DNA from: Lepidodermella squamata
Taxonomy: Eukaryota > Animalia > Gastrotricha
Length of the DNA: 64,000 nucleotides
Assembly: GCA_047495785.1 (NCBI GenBank)
Contig: JBLDXI010000026.1
Coordinates: 310,001 to 374,000 of the forward strand
Direction of reading: 5' to 3'
In this document: piece by piece, positions 1 through 13,025 of the stretch
How the letters are laid out: each line of letters starts with the position of its first letter
Position numbering within the stretch: the stretch's first letter is position 1
Made by a program: the position numbers and the translations under genes
Notes under the pieces: generated by a model
Told to the model about the DNA's origin: nothing
What the model saw: the letters and a program-made list of their open reading frames with translations, nothing else
Databases searched by the model: none

Positions 1-929
1 CAGTCTCTCGCCAAGAGCGACCAATGGAGAATGTATCATTGATCATGCGCGACCCGGTCTCATACGATGGAATTGCGATCGAAGAGTCTGTTCAGGCAGT
101 AATCTCTGCTTACATCACACTTCAAGCTTTCAATAATGTGAGACTTGAGGAGACTTGTTAATGTCAAAAAATCTATGTTGTCCTGTTCAGAGTCCAGCTA
201 CAACTAACGGTCTTGATGTTGATTTGAGTCAAGAAGCATGTATCGCCAAGATGTCTGAACACTTTTATATAAGCTATGCTATATCAGCTTCATACGGAAA
301 AGAAGTTGCAAGTAAGTCTTAATCCGATATTAATTCCCATAATTCAATCATATTGTATAGACCACGTAGAGATGACGGAGGAACAATTATCGATGCTTGT
401 TTGTTCTTTTGCTGGAGTACTTTGGCCTATTTATTCGGCGATGTCTGGGGGAAACAATCAGCTTTTTGGTACAAATCTTACTCATAGCAGGATGCTAGTG
501 ACTCACTTCCCAGAGATTCGGGTAAGGAGTGACAACTAATTTAGCGCTATTTTTAGCTCTTCTCCTCTTGTAATTGGACCTCTAGGAAGGAATGGAGATG
601 CAGGAAAAGTTATGCGAACAGATACTCATATGGCAACCTACACATCTCGAATTAGCTCTCCTTTTCGGATTGCTTTTCTTTGACGGTAAGTGCGTTTCTC
701 AAGTCTCACAGCATTATATTGATGCCGAATTCCAGAGAAAACGCTGACGATACCTAAACTTGCTCGAATGCGTAGGCGCTTGTGGTTAGCACTCAACATT
801 TTCCTATCGAGTACAACTTATGCGAGCGAATTCCGTAGACAATATTTCGAGCAATGTCTGCGGATGGCAGGCATCATTAACGAAAGCCTCGGCGGCTGCC
901 TGAGTAAATTCCTCAGCCGGAAGCAGTAA
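1..929 (+). CDS. Divergent nuclear receptor, ligand-binding-domain exons (5' part outside window)
   Basis: Exons separated by ~50-nt GT-AG introns read ...DPVSYDGIAIEESVQAVISAYITLQAFNN...ERMEMQEKLCEQILIWQPTHLELALLFGLLFFD...LSKFLSRKQ*. The WQPTxxELALL segment matches WQPTMPEFAL and WKPSLAQFSLL of the NR genes at 42-61 kb. Confidence 0.6.
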
Positions 930-1608
930 AAGTTTACACCTGTCGCCTGACATTTTATCACCATAGCGATAGTGATGCCCAAAGGATTTAACATTTAATA
1001 TCCGATTACCATATTTACAGCCTATTTTTAACTTTTACAAACCATATAACTATCAAGCACCATTAATCCAGTAATCTCAGTAATCCGATTTTTCTCAGCT
1101 TTATTTTTAATTTTAAATTGGGAAAAATGAGACTTTGATTCTTTCGCAGAACTCTTCGTGATTGTGATTTTAGTATTGCGTGCTATTATTTTCTAGAGAC
1201 ATCATAGACATAAGGTTGAACTTTAAATAAATTTGAAATGGAAATTTTTTGTACGGCGAACCACAGTGACAAAGGTGATTTGAAATGCCGCACATTGATT
1301 AACTCGAAATGATGAAAGCCATGTTGTTATTTGTTATTAATAATTTTTTTTTAATTGTTTAATGTTGTCTATCACAATATGTAATCAGGATTTCGGACAC
1401 AGTGGAGTATAGCGCAAGGTTTGACTGTGAAATTCCGCAGAATTGTTGAACATCTTTGACTTCTAAGTTAACTTCTAAGGCCAGAGTTGATAATCTAGGC
1501 TTCTATTTACTCTATGATATTTACAGAACTCTTCACCTTCACCATACAGCAGAATAACCATGTATAAGCATGTATTAGCAGAATAAAGATTATTTTCTCG
1601 TTCCGGTA

Positions 1609-2572
1609 TTATTTCCTCCAACAATTTTCCTCATCCTTGCCGTTACTGCAGTCATTGTAGCCAGTGCACGGAGCAAAAGAGGAGACACATTCGCCGTTTC
1701 CACAGTCGAACTCTAAAGACGGATTGCACGGGCGGTTGGGGCACATTTTCGGGTCCTCATCAGCATTATCAGCCGGGCAGTCGACCTGGCCATCGCACAG
1801 GGCATAGTAAGAAACGCACTTCTTATCAGCCTTGCAGTGCCACAGGTAGTTATCACTGCATTGCTGTTCACTGCAGTTCTTCTCATCAGAGCCGTTGGCG
1901 CAATCGGCGTTTCCGTCGCACCTTTGCCAATCATAAGCGCACTTTCCATCGCCGCAGTTGAACTGACCCTCGGGGCATTTGCGAGTGGCACAGCCCTTCT
2001 CGTCGCAACCAGTGCTGCAGTCCTTGACGCCGTCGCAACGCTGCTCAGGCATCAAGCAGATCTTATCGGCCTTGCAGAGGAAGTTTGCCAGGCTATCGGC
2101 GCAGGTAGTGCAGTTCTTCTCATCGGATCCGTCCTTGCAGAACGCGTAACCATCGCAGCGAACTTGCTTAGGAACGCACTGGCCGCTGGCGCATTGCCAT
2201 TGGTCTTGGCTGCAAACGCAGTTCTTCTCGTCCTCACCATCAACGCAGTCAGCATTGCCGTCGCAACGCTTTTCATCTCCGATGCATTTGCGAGACTTCT
2301 TGCAGTGGAAGCACGGGCGGCGCAGGTTGGGGCTGCAAGTGCAGGAATCGCAGTTATCTTCGTCGGTGACTTTATTGACGGTGTAGTTGAAGCAGTCAAT
2401 TACACCGTTGCACTTCAACGAATCGGAGTAGGTTTTCTTGTTGTCGGCGCAGTACCAATCAGCAACAACCACTCCGACTAGGAAAAATATTTCTTATTGC
2501 AAATATGATAAAAGATGACCTTGAAATCTTACTGGTAGCAACAAGGAATACGATAACAGCAGGGCTCTGCAT
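1609..2572 (-). CDS. Secreted protein made only of seven LDL-receptor class A repeats
   Basis: Exon 1 (2572-2533) encodes MQSPAVIVFLVAT, followed by a 55-nt intron (2532-2478). Exon 2 has seven repeats of the CDGxxDCxxGxDExxC type. No TM helix; ends CWRK*. Confidence 0.9.
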
Positions 2573-3049
2573 TTTTTTAGTTTATGAGAGTTAAACAGCA
2601 ACTGAAATTGACAGTGAATCTCCGTCGGCTTATAGCTATCATTTATACCTGAAAATCATCAGCTGTTCAAACAGGTTTCCAATAAAGTGCGACACGTAGC
2701 CCAAGAAAAATCATCCCTCGGCAATTTTTCAGCCGAGGGTGGTCGCGAAATTATACTGGATGTGATCGTTCTGAAAGCAATGGCAGGTGAACAAACATTG
2801 CTGGGCGGGTGTGATGAATTTCATAGGATAAGAGCTATTAAAATGATGAGTAATCTTTCATGGCGTGGCAATGTGTCACATCAGTGCACTGATAGGCAAA
2901 CATTTACTGCGAACTGCCTTGACGGTAGATCTGCCTGGCAAACATTGTTAAATTCAGTTTTAACTTAGTTTCAACTCGTTTATTCTCGAGTCATTAAACA
3001 GAACAGTCCCAATGTGAACCGGCAAAAATTAACTTCATAAGGCATGAGA

Positions 3050-4615
3050 CTACATTGCATCATCGCCGTAGTACGATTTCGAGTAATTCAGAGGTGCTAA
3101 TGGCAACGCTGGCGGTGACTGCTGAACCTTTATCACAAAAGCTGCAATTGGATACAGGATAGCCAGAAGCATGCTGGCAACAAAGCCGACAAAATTCAAG
3201 ATGACAACGGCGATAACCGTCTTTGATAGTGGTGGCATTTCGTCTGGCTCGTCCTTTGCTTCGACTTTCTCGCCCAGGGTAAGCTCCGATTGCGTTGGGG
3301 ATTTCGGTGGTACAACAGCAACAGGCGTCAATCTGTTCCTCTTTGCCCGATATTTCTTCAAGAAATGCCATCTGTTGTAGTAGAAAATGATGAAATTTGA
3401 GTATATGTCATGCTTCGAACGAACCTTAGCCTAATTATACCCCACCATTCCAAACCCTCATCGGGATCGAATGCTTGAAGCGTGACCACGAACACAAAGA
3501 TTGTTGCAACTGAACCTCCGATAAGAATGTTCAAATATGTTAGAATTAGCGACTGCTGTGAAGACTTGGGTAATTGATCGACAATGTAGCCTGCAAAAAA
3601 GAACGTAGTAAGACCATTTCTTCAGTTTACTGGGGTTTTACTTTCGACGAATAGATTCGTGAGGAGGATGAAGATTTCCAGCGAAGTTCTTTCAACTTGT
3701 TTTATTGGAATCAGGTAAACGATAGCTTGAACGATCGTCAGTAACGCAATTGGTATCAAAAATGCTTGCTGGTAAAAGGTTGGATTTCTTTTGATGACGA
3801 TCCAGAAGTGAATTCGGCTAAAATATGTGTTGGTCGAAGCTCGGTACAAAGTTGGATAGGCTGTGCTATCTAAAGTTGGATTAGGAATTTATAGGCTAAT
3901 CTGATATCGTATATCTCACTTATCAGCTTCCACATCTCATTTTCAGCGAAAATTGACAACGAAACAGGGTCAGGCTTGTCAGGTCTCAATTTAAGCTTCA
4001 GCTCTACAGTTGTGTAAATGACCGATTCGATGATAAAGGCGCATCGCCTAAAAATTTGACTTCGAAATGGCTTAATTGAATAATTTAGATGTCTCACTGA
4101 TAGTCAAATGGGTAGTAAGTCAAATCGATTGCGCAACGAGTTTGAACTTTCCCAGTTGGATGCCACCAAACCTGTTCGTCGTTTGTAAGACGATAGCCGA
4201 AGCTATCGCCAGCAAAAATTGTGTACATATCATCGATACTGTTCACTAGCTGCAAGTCTGGCTTCCAGAGGGTACCGCCAGGAAGTGTCAGTGATTTCAC
4301 CCCTCCAAAATCAGCCGGGTCCCAACTAACCGAAGGGTCGACCCACCCGAGCTGCACTCGAACGGTTGAAACCAATGTCTCAGCATTTTCGACAACCTCT
4401 TGAATTCGGATTAGGAAAAGACGGCATACAACTGTAAAAGGGCAAGTTGCGTCGCTTGGGTCAGGGCAGCCTGTAGACTCTGGTATTATTGTTTTGTCAT
4501 AACTTCCAGTCAGATTTTTTGCTAGGAGTAACGCTGTTTCATACTGCGGGGATAAAGCCAATGATTGGACGAATAAATGTGCACAAATATGAAGAAATAT
4601 GAGCTTTTGTAACAT
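3050..4615 (-). CDS. Cys-loop ligand-gated ion channel subunit (nAChR-like, non-alpha), multi-exon
   Basis: Signal peptide, WxD..W and LWKPDLQLVNS motifs. Cys loop CAIDLTYYPFDYQ|RC is joined across intron 4097-4048. Then KRNPTFY-M1, M2 ERTSL..., and M4 in ORF 3050-3361. No vicinal Cys in loop C. Confidence 0.88.
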
Positions 4616-5308
4616 GATTTTGTTCACTTAAACTAGTCAGGTCATTAGGGCCACAGGTGATCAAGCAAAGCTGATTTAGTATTAGAGTGTCCTAGCAACG
4701 CCAGCCATCGCGAACTGTTCGGTTCATAAAATATGCAACTCTTGCAAAGAAACAATGAAGCATAACGACCCAATGTTGATTTATTGGAGTAGGGCCATTA
4801 CTCATTGAATTGAATTTTATAAATAGAATGGGTCCAAAGCAGGGCAGTTTGTTTACTTAATCGATTGGACATAAAAAGAATGACAAAGCAATCTCACATT
4901 TTTTATTACAATTTGGGTCTTGGACGCTTCTTTAATTTGATTTTCAAATCGTTGTGGAAGGAACATGCATATTTCCATAAGAACAGGGCGGGAAACTCTG
5001 CAAACTCCTAGAACGAATTTTGTGAGATATTAAGCGATCAGTCGAAGAAGTACTAGTAATGCATGTGCCTAGGCGCAGTACTCCGTATCGGAAAATAAAC
5101 AAATCGCAATCGAATTTGGTATATTTTGTATTTTTTCCTCAATCGCAAATGAGTTTGCGCGCAACTATTCCAGCTGTTGTTGATTGGTATGAAACACAAC
5201 CGGTAACTAGGTCTGCAACAAAATGCGTATCAAAAGGCATAACAGTAGTTGTGAGAGTACTAGCGGGGTTATCAATTGTAAAAACTCCTTATTTTTCTGA
5301 AAAATAAT

Positions 5309-6552
5309 ATGCTCTGGATTGTTGTAGCACTTGTCGCTGGTTATCTTATAGCCGGGCTTTTCTACCATTTCTTCATCAACCGAAATCCAGAAGCGTTCGG
5401 AGCTGCTAAAAAGCGCAAGAGCAATGATAAAACCAGTCAAGTTATCGAGGATATTTCGTAAGTGTAAATGCAATTCTTCTTTATGCAGAAGAAATTGTCA
5501 ATATTTTTAGGTACGCCCATCCATCCAAATCCTTTTTAATATGGCCGAATGGAATTATACCTTATTGGATTCACGAAGTGTCCTTCAACAACGCTGGATC
5601 GCCACACCTCATCGAGAACATAAAAGCCGCAATCGATGAGATGAACAACAAAACTGTGGTTCACTTCATCCCAGTCGATTCGAATAACGCCGGAAATTTC
5701 ATTTGCTTCGAGTATCACGCCTCGAATAGCAACACATTCGTTGGCCGGGTGAAGCGAAGAAACCAGGTCGTCAATGTTACGGACGATATGGGGGATGTTT
5801 CAATGATCCTCCATATGTTAATGCACGTGCTTGGATTCACTCATGACCTGCAACGTGGCGATCGGCGGTTATACATCACATCACGAAATCCTGGAACTGA
5901 CGAGACAATTGTGGGAAAACTTGACGAAGAAGGCTGGCATTACGTTACGTTGGGCAGATTGGACAATAGATCTGCTATGAATTACCACTGCAGCCGTTAT
6001 GGAGACGACGATGATGAGACTGTTATGCAGCTCAGGTATGAAGATTCGCATAACGAAAGTATGCAGACTCTTCTATCGAATTTGAGCGTGACAGATATTC
6101 GGGCGATCAGGTACTTGTACTCCACTCCAACTTGCACTTTTGACGCTTTTGACGGCGAGAGATACCCCCAAGCTATGAAGGAATGCATTACTTGCTGGGG
6201 CGAACGGGCAAATTTTGCTGTATGCCTGTTCTGCGCGGAAATTCATCACAAAGACCACGATATGGTGTACCTAAGTCTGGAGCGAATGATGGCGGCAAGG
6301 TGTGAGAATGTCTGCGATTGCGGGCGTAGTCGGCATCGGCTTCAGTTATGCACCCGGGAAACAATTGGAGACCAATTAACTACCCAAGCTCGTTACAGCT
6401 GCAGTGAGTGTAGCAAACTGGATTTATGCTTGAGCTGCTTTCGCAGATGCCACCACGGCCATCGCGGGGCGAGTCGGAATTACATACCTAAAGACTTTGC
6501 CTGTGAGTGTGCCTACGGCTCTGAGACTCACCCCTGCCAAGCTCAACATTAA
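5309..6552 (+). CDS. Membrane-anchored astacin-like pseudo-metalloprotease with two UBR-box-like zinc fingers
   Basis: Exon 1 (5309-5457) encodes MLWIVVALVAGYLIAGLFYHFF...AAKKRK; intron 5458-5510. Exon 2 has WPNGIIPY, HMLMHVLGFTHDLQRGDR (HExxH with E>M) and Met-turn SAMNY, then two CxxC...CxxC...HxxH...CxC clusters. Confidence 0.8.
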
Positions 6553-6588
6553 ATAATAAAATTTTATTCATAATTTTTCTTATTTGTA

Positions 6589-7290
6589 TTAACATCTGTA
6601 GCTGCCTGGTCTTTGAGGTAAACGTTCAAGATCGAGAGTGCTGAAGTTTCGCTGATTCTCAGAGTACCGTTGGCCTAGTTCAGTATGTCTGAATCGTTTG
6701 AGACCTGGAGTTGAGGCAACGAGATCGTCCTCCTTCGGCTTGCAGCAGACCTTTTTACAGTAGTTGATCAAAGCCCATATGATAAGGCACATAACAGAGG
6801 CTGTGATTGATCCTATTCCTATTCCCATAAGGACAGAGTACCTATTAAGGCGCCATAGCTCGCAGTTGTTGTGCATTACAGGCATCAATGCTTTTGCCTA
6901 TAAAACATCATACGATTATGAAAAAAAACTGAGAAAGCGAGGTCAAAATACCAGATTTATATCTGTGGCTTGCTTCTGAGGGCAGCCATTAGGTGAGACA
7001 TCCTGCCAGCATTTGACGACTTCTGAGATGTAGTCGCACATAGCATCGATTCGACGAATTTGCTCGATGACGTCACTGATATCAACAGACGATGTGGATG
7101 CGTTAACCATGCCAATGAGCGCCATACTCCGACCACCCAGCGTCTGAAAATCTGGCCGAGCTTTCAAATTTGAGGTTAGCCGTTCGCATTCTGCTAACAA
7201 CGTCACATCGCAAATCGCCTCTACTTCGGTAGAAATCACCTTAACAAGACAAGAGGAGATTGCGATGAAGAATAGTAATTTCTCGAGCAT
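6589..7290 (-). CDS. Uncharacterised single-pass type I membrane protein
   Basis: Signal peptide, Cys-containing ectodomain, 54-nt intron (6951-6898), TM helix SVLMGIGIGSITASVMCLIIWALI, then CKKVCCK and a short tail. Confidence 0.7.
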
Positions 7291-7837
7291 ATTTATGAAA
7301 ATGTTGTTTTCAGCCGGCTAAATTTTTGCGAGCGCGTGAAAGAAATGCGTGAAGTTTTGGCGCTCGCGAGACCTCTTGTTTCTGGAACGTGAGGGTTCTA
7401 TTCAGGTGTCAGTTTCAAGTGCGCGCTTTCAGCATTCAACTGAGCGCCAAGAGGGGTGTTATCGTTGAGACCGTCGCATATTTCAATTCATTGTGAAGAC
7501 ACTTTGTCTTCAAAAATTTAAGAGCCGGGAGAATTTCGCGTGTACCAGTCCTGTGGCGCCAGAGTATTCTTGATCGAGCATGATATTAGATTTTTTGAGT
7601 GCCTTCGAATTCATAAATGATTAAAATAATAGTCAAAATATTCAAACAGTGCAATTTTGGAGAATTATTACCTAAGATCGAAAATCGTTGGGTTTAGAGT
7701 TTAAAATTACATAAATAAAATATGCGTGCCAAGAAAAAATGTATCCCACGCTCAGCCCACGCGAGATGTGTAATTTTCAGATATAAAACAAGCATCGTGT
7801 GCACAGCTTTTGACAAGATAGAAAAAAATCAACAGAA

Positions 7838-9281
7838 ATGTTACGCTACATCAAGCAGGTTTGGAAAGCAATTGCTTGCTCATGTAATTTCCTCAAATTG
7901 TGATTATTTCAGGGGCTTGCCAGTATTATTCTCGGCTTTGCATGGATTCAGCTATCACTATGCCAGTCGTGTTGTAGCCTACAGGGACAAGCATCTCCGA
8001 CTATTAGCCCGTCTAGTTTTCGCAGCCGGTCGACGGCTTTTCAGTTATTCTCAGATGTTAAAGTTACATGCAACGGCAGAGTTACAGGATGGAACTTCAT
8101 CTCACGAGTTGCAACAGTAAATGGGCTCCATCTATCGATTTGGCGTTTGGTCAATGGCGACAGCAAAACCTATCGCCTTGTCGGAGAAACGAAGATCGAC
8201 AATTTCGCTGCTCAGCCGAATGCTTGGAATTCTTATTTAGTTGAAACGCCATTTTCTGTCCGGAGTGGAGATGTCCTCGGAGTTTTTTACGATACCGCGA
8301 CTGCCAGTGATTCAAATGCTGCGTTCGTCAGCGCCTCTGAGACTACAATGTCTGCGGGAGAAAAGGACGGCCTTGTTTTTACTCGAACGTACATCTCTGT
8401 GGTTGGGGCCGACAGAATCTTCGACTCGGGAAATGACAACCCAGTTTACTCGTTCAATAACGCTGGGGTCGATTTTAGAATTCCGGGGGTTCAGGTTACC
8501 ATTCAACAAGGCTCTGGTAGCGTGGTTAATGTGATTGATTCGCCTGATGGCGTGTGCAAGTCCCCAGCATATGATAGCGTTTCTGCTAGCCCATCGTTGT
8601 ATCAGTCAAAATCCACCCTTTTACAGCTCCTCACAGGCTCATCCATTGGATGTAGCGGCTGGTTAGTAGCTTGGAACTACATCTCATCTACGACCACGGT
8701 TAATACCTTTTTTCCTGACAAATTGAAGTTAGACCTATTTATGTTTCGCAGATTAACGGATTATACCTTTCCATATGGCGAAAAGTCTCGATTACGGATG
8801 CTGTACGAGGGGATGACCCAAGTTATATCTTCAGGTTGATCGACAGCGTTCCGCTGAACAATGTTGGTGCATCCCGAAATCAGTGGAATTCATACTCTCG
8901 ATTCTCTCCTATCGCAGTTCAACAAGGCGATGTGATAGGTAACAACTTTTCTAGCGCTTCCTTAACGAAGTATGATAAATTGAAACTTCAGGAATTTTCT
9001 ACGACGATTGGAAACGCAATGCTAACACTGCTGTCATTCCTCACGTAGAAGGGTCTCAAAGGGTTGATACTACGCCGACTTATGTTTCTCTGATTTCAGC
9101 TGATGATGTCTTCAAAAACAGTTGGTGAAGCTGTTTCCTTATCAAATTTCTATTGTATTTTTTTCAAGGACTGGTGACGTTCGCTAACTTGCCGACTGAC
9201 TCGAGACAGCACGCGCTGCAAGCAGTAGTTTGGACAGGAAGTGACCCAAGTAGCGGCCGATGGAAAAGTACTGGATGTTGA
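7838..9281 (+). CDS. Secreted protein with two tandem copies of an uncharacterised beta-rich domain
   Basis: Signal MLRYIKQ|GLASIILGFAWIQLSLC. Repeat 1: CNGRVTGWNFIS...WR..NAWNSY..PFSVRSGDVLGVFY. Repeat 2: CSGWLVAWNYIS...FRR..NQWNSY..PIAVQQGDVIG. Several ~50-nt introns; stop at 9279-9281. Confidence 0.7.
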
Positions 9282-9873
9282 GAATGAAAATAATACTGAA
9301 TTGTCATTAATTCTCAGTGACAAAATTCTATTTTAATAATTGAGGCTTTATTGAAAGCTGTCTGAAATATTTTTATAAATGGGTCTGGTACAGGAAGTCG
9401 TACAATCGACTGTTTTTTGAATTTTCGGCCTCGAAAACAATTGGGAACAGGTCACCGAGTTCTCAGGCATTTTGCAAACGAAACGTTGGATGTTGGATGA
9501 ATTATTCACAGTTTACTTTCCTCAAACGGAGTTCATTGTTGCATTAATTTTCATTCGTATCCAAAAAGCAATGCTTCTCACTCGCCATTAGTTAATAATG
9601 AATGACGTTGCTATGGGAAACATCAATCAAAGCCTGACGTAGTCGCATTTCACACACCTATTAATGGTCAGATTTTCTTCACAATGAAGGCCTATTCCCT
9701 TGAATACGCTGCTTCTGCATGGATGTATTCTTGCCCCTCCGTTTTTTAATAGATCAAGCTGTGAATAGGGCTCAAATCTCGCGAGAGCACGAGAAAAAAG
9801 CAGCTTCTTTAGTATTTTCAGTAATCCTCACACCCGTCTGCTCTTGAAAGGGACCACTCCAAGTCGTCAAAAA

Positions 9874-12361
9874 ATGCTAGTTGCCCTGAGCAAAACGAAC
9901 CGCCCGCAGACAGCTTCAGCTGACTCGATGATGAACGAGTTCGATGTAGCAGCGTATCAGCAGAAAATGGTCGAAGCTACCCAATCGATCTGCCGGTTGT
10001 CGTATCGCAACTACAAGGGTGAATTGTGCCGAGCGATGGGCTTCCTCCTCGCCATCAAGTTGCCAATCAAAGGCAACGTATTTGGCCTCATGACAAATGG
10101 AACATTCCTGCCCCGCCACATCCTAGAATCGAGCCGATTCTTCTGCTTTGACATGGAATTCGATGAGTCTCTGACAAATATGAAGCAGCATACTATCACT
10201 GTTGCTCTTCATCGAGATATCGAAAGCTTTTACACCTCGGATCTGAAGCATCTTGATGTTACTTTTGTCGAACTACGGCCTCAAGTGCAGTTGGCTTTCG
10301 CTGCTAACAACTGCGTGTTCCTCAAGTCATCCGAAGAAGCTTTCCCTCCAACGGACCAAGACATTCTCATTGTCGATGAAACATTGAATTTAGCGAAATC
10401 ACGAATCTCGAGCAGTGGACGAATGCCTTCTGAACGACAGCTGACAAAGTTCGGTATGATCGGGTCGCCGGTTTTAAATGACTTCTCTTTCAGTGTAATT
10501 GCTGTTGCGAAAACTGGTGATAAGTTCTTCAAGAATGTGGCGACTGATCTTCGGTCAATTGTTCAGGATATTATTAAGGAGGGATTGAAGTTAGTCCCTT
10601 TACCTCCTCCGCCTCGGAAGTCTGTCATCGACAAAGAAATAACAACCATAGATGCGGTTAGTTCTATTCCTTATAAAACCTTTCATCTTCTAAATTTAAA
10701 TATATTTTCTCGCAGACTAAGGGAAGATTGGCCCATATCAGGGATTCGGTTGTTATTCCTTTCGCGATGCGAGCATCTATTTGTGCTCGTTTGAGAAGTA
10801 TGACTGAATTCCATTCGTTTTAATGGTCTTGAAATAACATTTTTCCAGATTTTCTAATACTCTCGGCTGATGATCTGCTCTCTTGCTCTGATGATCAAGT
10901 TAAGAGAGTCTTCCCGGAAGATAGCCTTCAAAAGGCTGTCACTAAATGGCAAAAAGCCATAAACAGGAATCCGGTAAGATTTTCCTATGTTATATCGTAT
11001 ATACAGCCGAATGGTTACCCTTGATATAGGATGAGCAACTTAGAAAAGAAACAAAGCCACAGCGTAAAATAGTGATTAACGGCTACGCTGCCAAACGAAT
11101 CATTAATTGCTTCAGAAATCCATTCAAGGTGAGAAATATACTTTGCGTTGAATGACTGCGTCACGTTTGGCCCGTCCTATAGCCTCGTTCTGCTGTTCGA
11201 ACTTGCTTGAGCGATCCTCAATTCTTCTCGTCGCTAGGGAAATCGCCTAAAACAAAACTCTTCGAAGCTCCTTGCTACATCCGAGCAATACTAAATATCC
11301 CAGAGCAGCCACCTCAAGACTCAAAAAGCAAACCGGGTACACCTGTCATCCTGATTCTGACTGCTGAAGGTCACGTAATCGCTCTAACAGCACTTGACTG
11401 GTCTTTCCGCTGGAAAACTCGCATTTCCCTACCGGAGCGGGAAAAATTAGACGCGGAAGATCAAGAAGAAAAAGAAAAAGAAGCTCCTCAGCCTATCGAT
11501 ATCGTTTATGCTGTTTACGACAACATCTTAGACAGCTTGTACATAGCATGTGGCGACAGTAATATTTACCGGGTGAAGCTGGCTATCTTGAAAGAAGCAG
11601 CTAGATCGCATCATAAATCAAAAGGCCAGAAGACGAGACCTATTGTTCCCTTGAAAACGCTTCTTGACTCAACAGCAACTGGTGGGAGGTGCTTCTGGGG
11701 ACTTTCGATCGACGTTAGATCAAGACTTCTCTTCGCTTGTGACAATGGAGGGGCTGTTAACGACATTTCAGTCTGGAAGCTACCTACCCCGGTTGAGACA
11801 TCGCCGAAACGAGCAAGTTTAGTAACTCCGATGGAGCTTATCGCTTCGTTGAAGGCCGATTTCTACCCTGCATTCTGCTCGTTTTTCACCCCGACTCGAG
11901 AACAAGCTGAAGGCATCATTGGAAAAGAGAATCTAGTAAATGCAACCAATTTTCTAGTTTTAGCAATTAGCGACTGGCGGATGAGTAGAATCGAGCTATT
12001 CGCCGGTCCCTTGATTGAAGATGAGGAAGATCTGGCCAACACTGAACTACGTCACATCAGCACTGTGGCTAAGAAAGACACGGCTAACCCAACGCGACCT
12101 GGCTACATCTCAAAACCCTGTGAAATCTCGTTCGATGAAAACGGCAACTTGATAGCCGCTGATCAAATGAATAACCGAGTTCTAATCTTTGGACTCAGCA
12201 GTGATGGAGGTGACGGCAGGCCATTGAAATGTGTTTGGTCCTCGAAATCTATTAACTGCGTGGTCGAGAGATTTGCGTTGGCTGTTACGCCTAATACCGG
12301 TCGCCCGGCTCTTTTGACCCATGCTGATTATAACACTCTAGTATCTTTCGAATCGTCGTAA
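9874..12361 (+). CDS. Trypsin-like (Trypsin_2-type) pseudoprotease + linker + C-terminal NHL-like beta-propeller
   Basis: N-terminal motifs SICRL, AMGFLL, LMTNGTFL, LDVTFVEL and TKFGMIGSPVLN parallel GTGF, TNxHV, LDY and GSSGSPV, with His and Ser lost. Short middle exons lie at ~10717-11128. The last exon has DPQFF and ISKPCEISFDENGNLIAADQMNNRVLIF (NHL-type). Confidence 0.65.
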
Positions 12362-13025
12362 TAGAACTCAGAGCTTCCTTTAAATTGATTATCACATTGA
12401 GTAGTAAAATGATATACGTTTCGCCATAATATCGGGAATGTTTTTGTTACCCCTGGTGCGCTAGAGAGTTAATGTTTACCTTTCAGAAGCGCCGTATCTT
12501 TTACGGGCAACTTGCACGGAAAAATAACTCAACACCTATGCTCGATAAACGATAACATCACGAAGCCATGAGGCGAAGAAAGCCGATTACTTGGATAAAA
12601 TGAAGCACCCTGTTATGAATTTCACATTAGTGAATCCTTTAGAATGCATCACTGGCTAATTTTACTGATACTTAACGGAAAATCAAGAATGCATGACGAG
12701 AAATCCGGCCTGATTGTTTGCATTCATCGTAGGTCTCTGAAGGCCTAAATAGCAACTTAGCGTTCGCTCTACTTTTGATCGCTCTCACTCAGATTATCGA
12801 ACGAAAACAATGAGTCCATTGATTTTTCACGATCGCTAACGGCCGCCTCGCCTGCGTTGGTCCCAACGGAGCGCGCCTTAGAGATGACCTCCATTAATAA
12901 TCGATTTAGGCCTCCTCAACAATGCGAATCTTAAATTACGCCATTCCTTGCCGTTTCTTGATTTCCCCTAAGTTGAATTTATTTTCATAATTTTTCAGAG
13001 ATTAATTCGCGTTAATTCATCCATT

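Noticed and set aside
1837-2481. 214-aa hydrophobic Ala/Val-rich ORF on the + strand
   Set aside because: Antisense shadow of the Cys/Asp-rich LDLa exon; TGC and GAC codons read as GCA and GTC.
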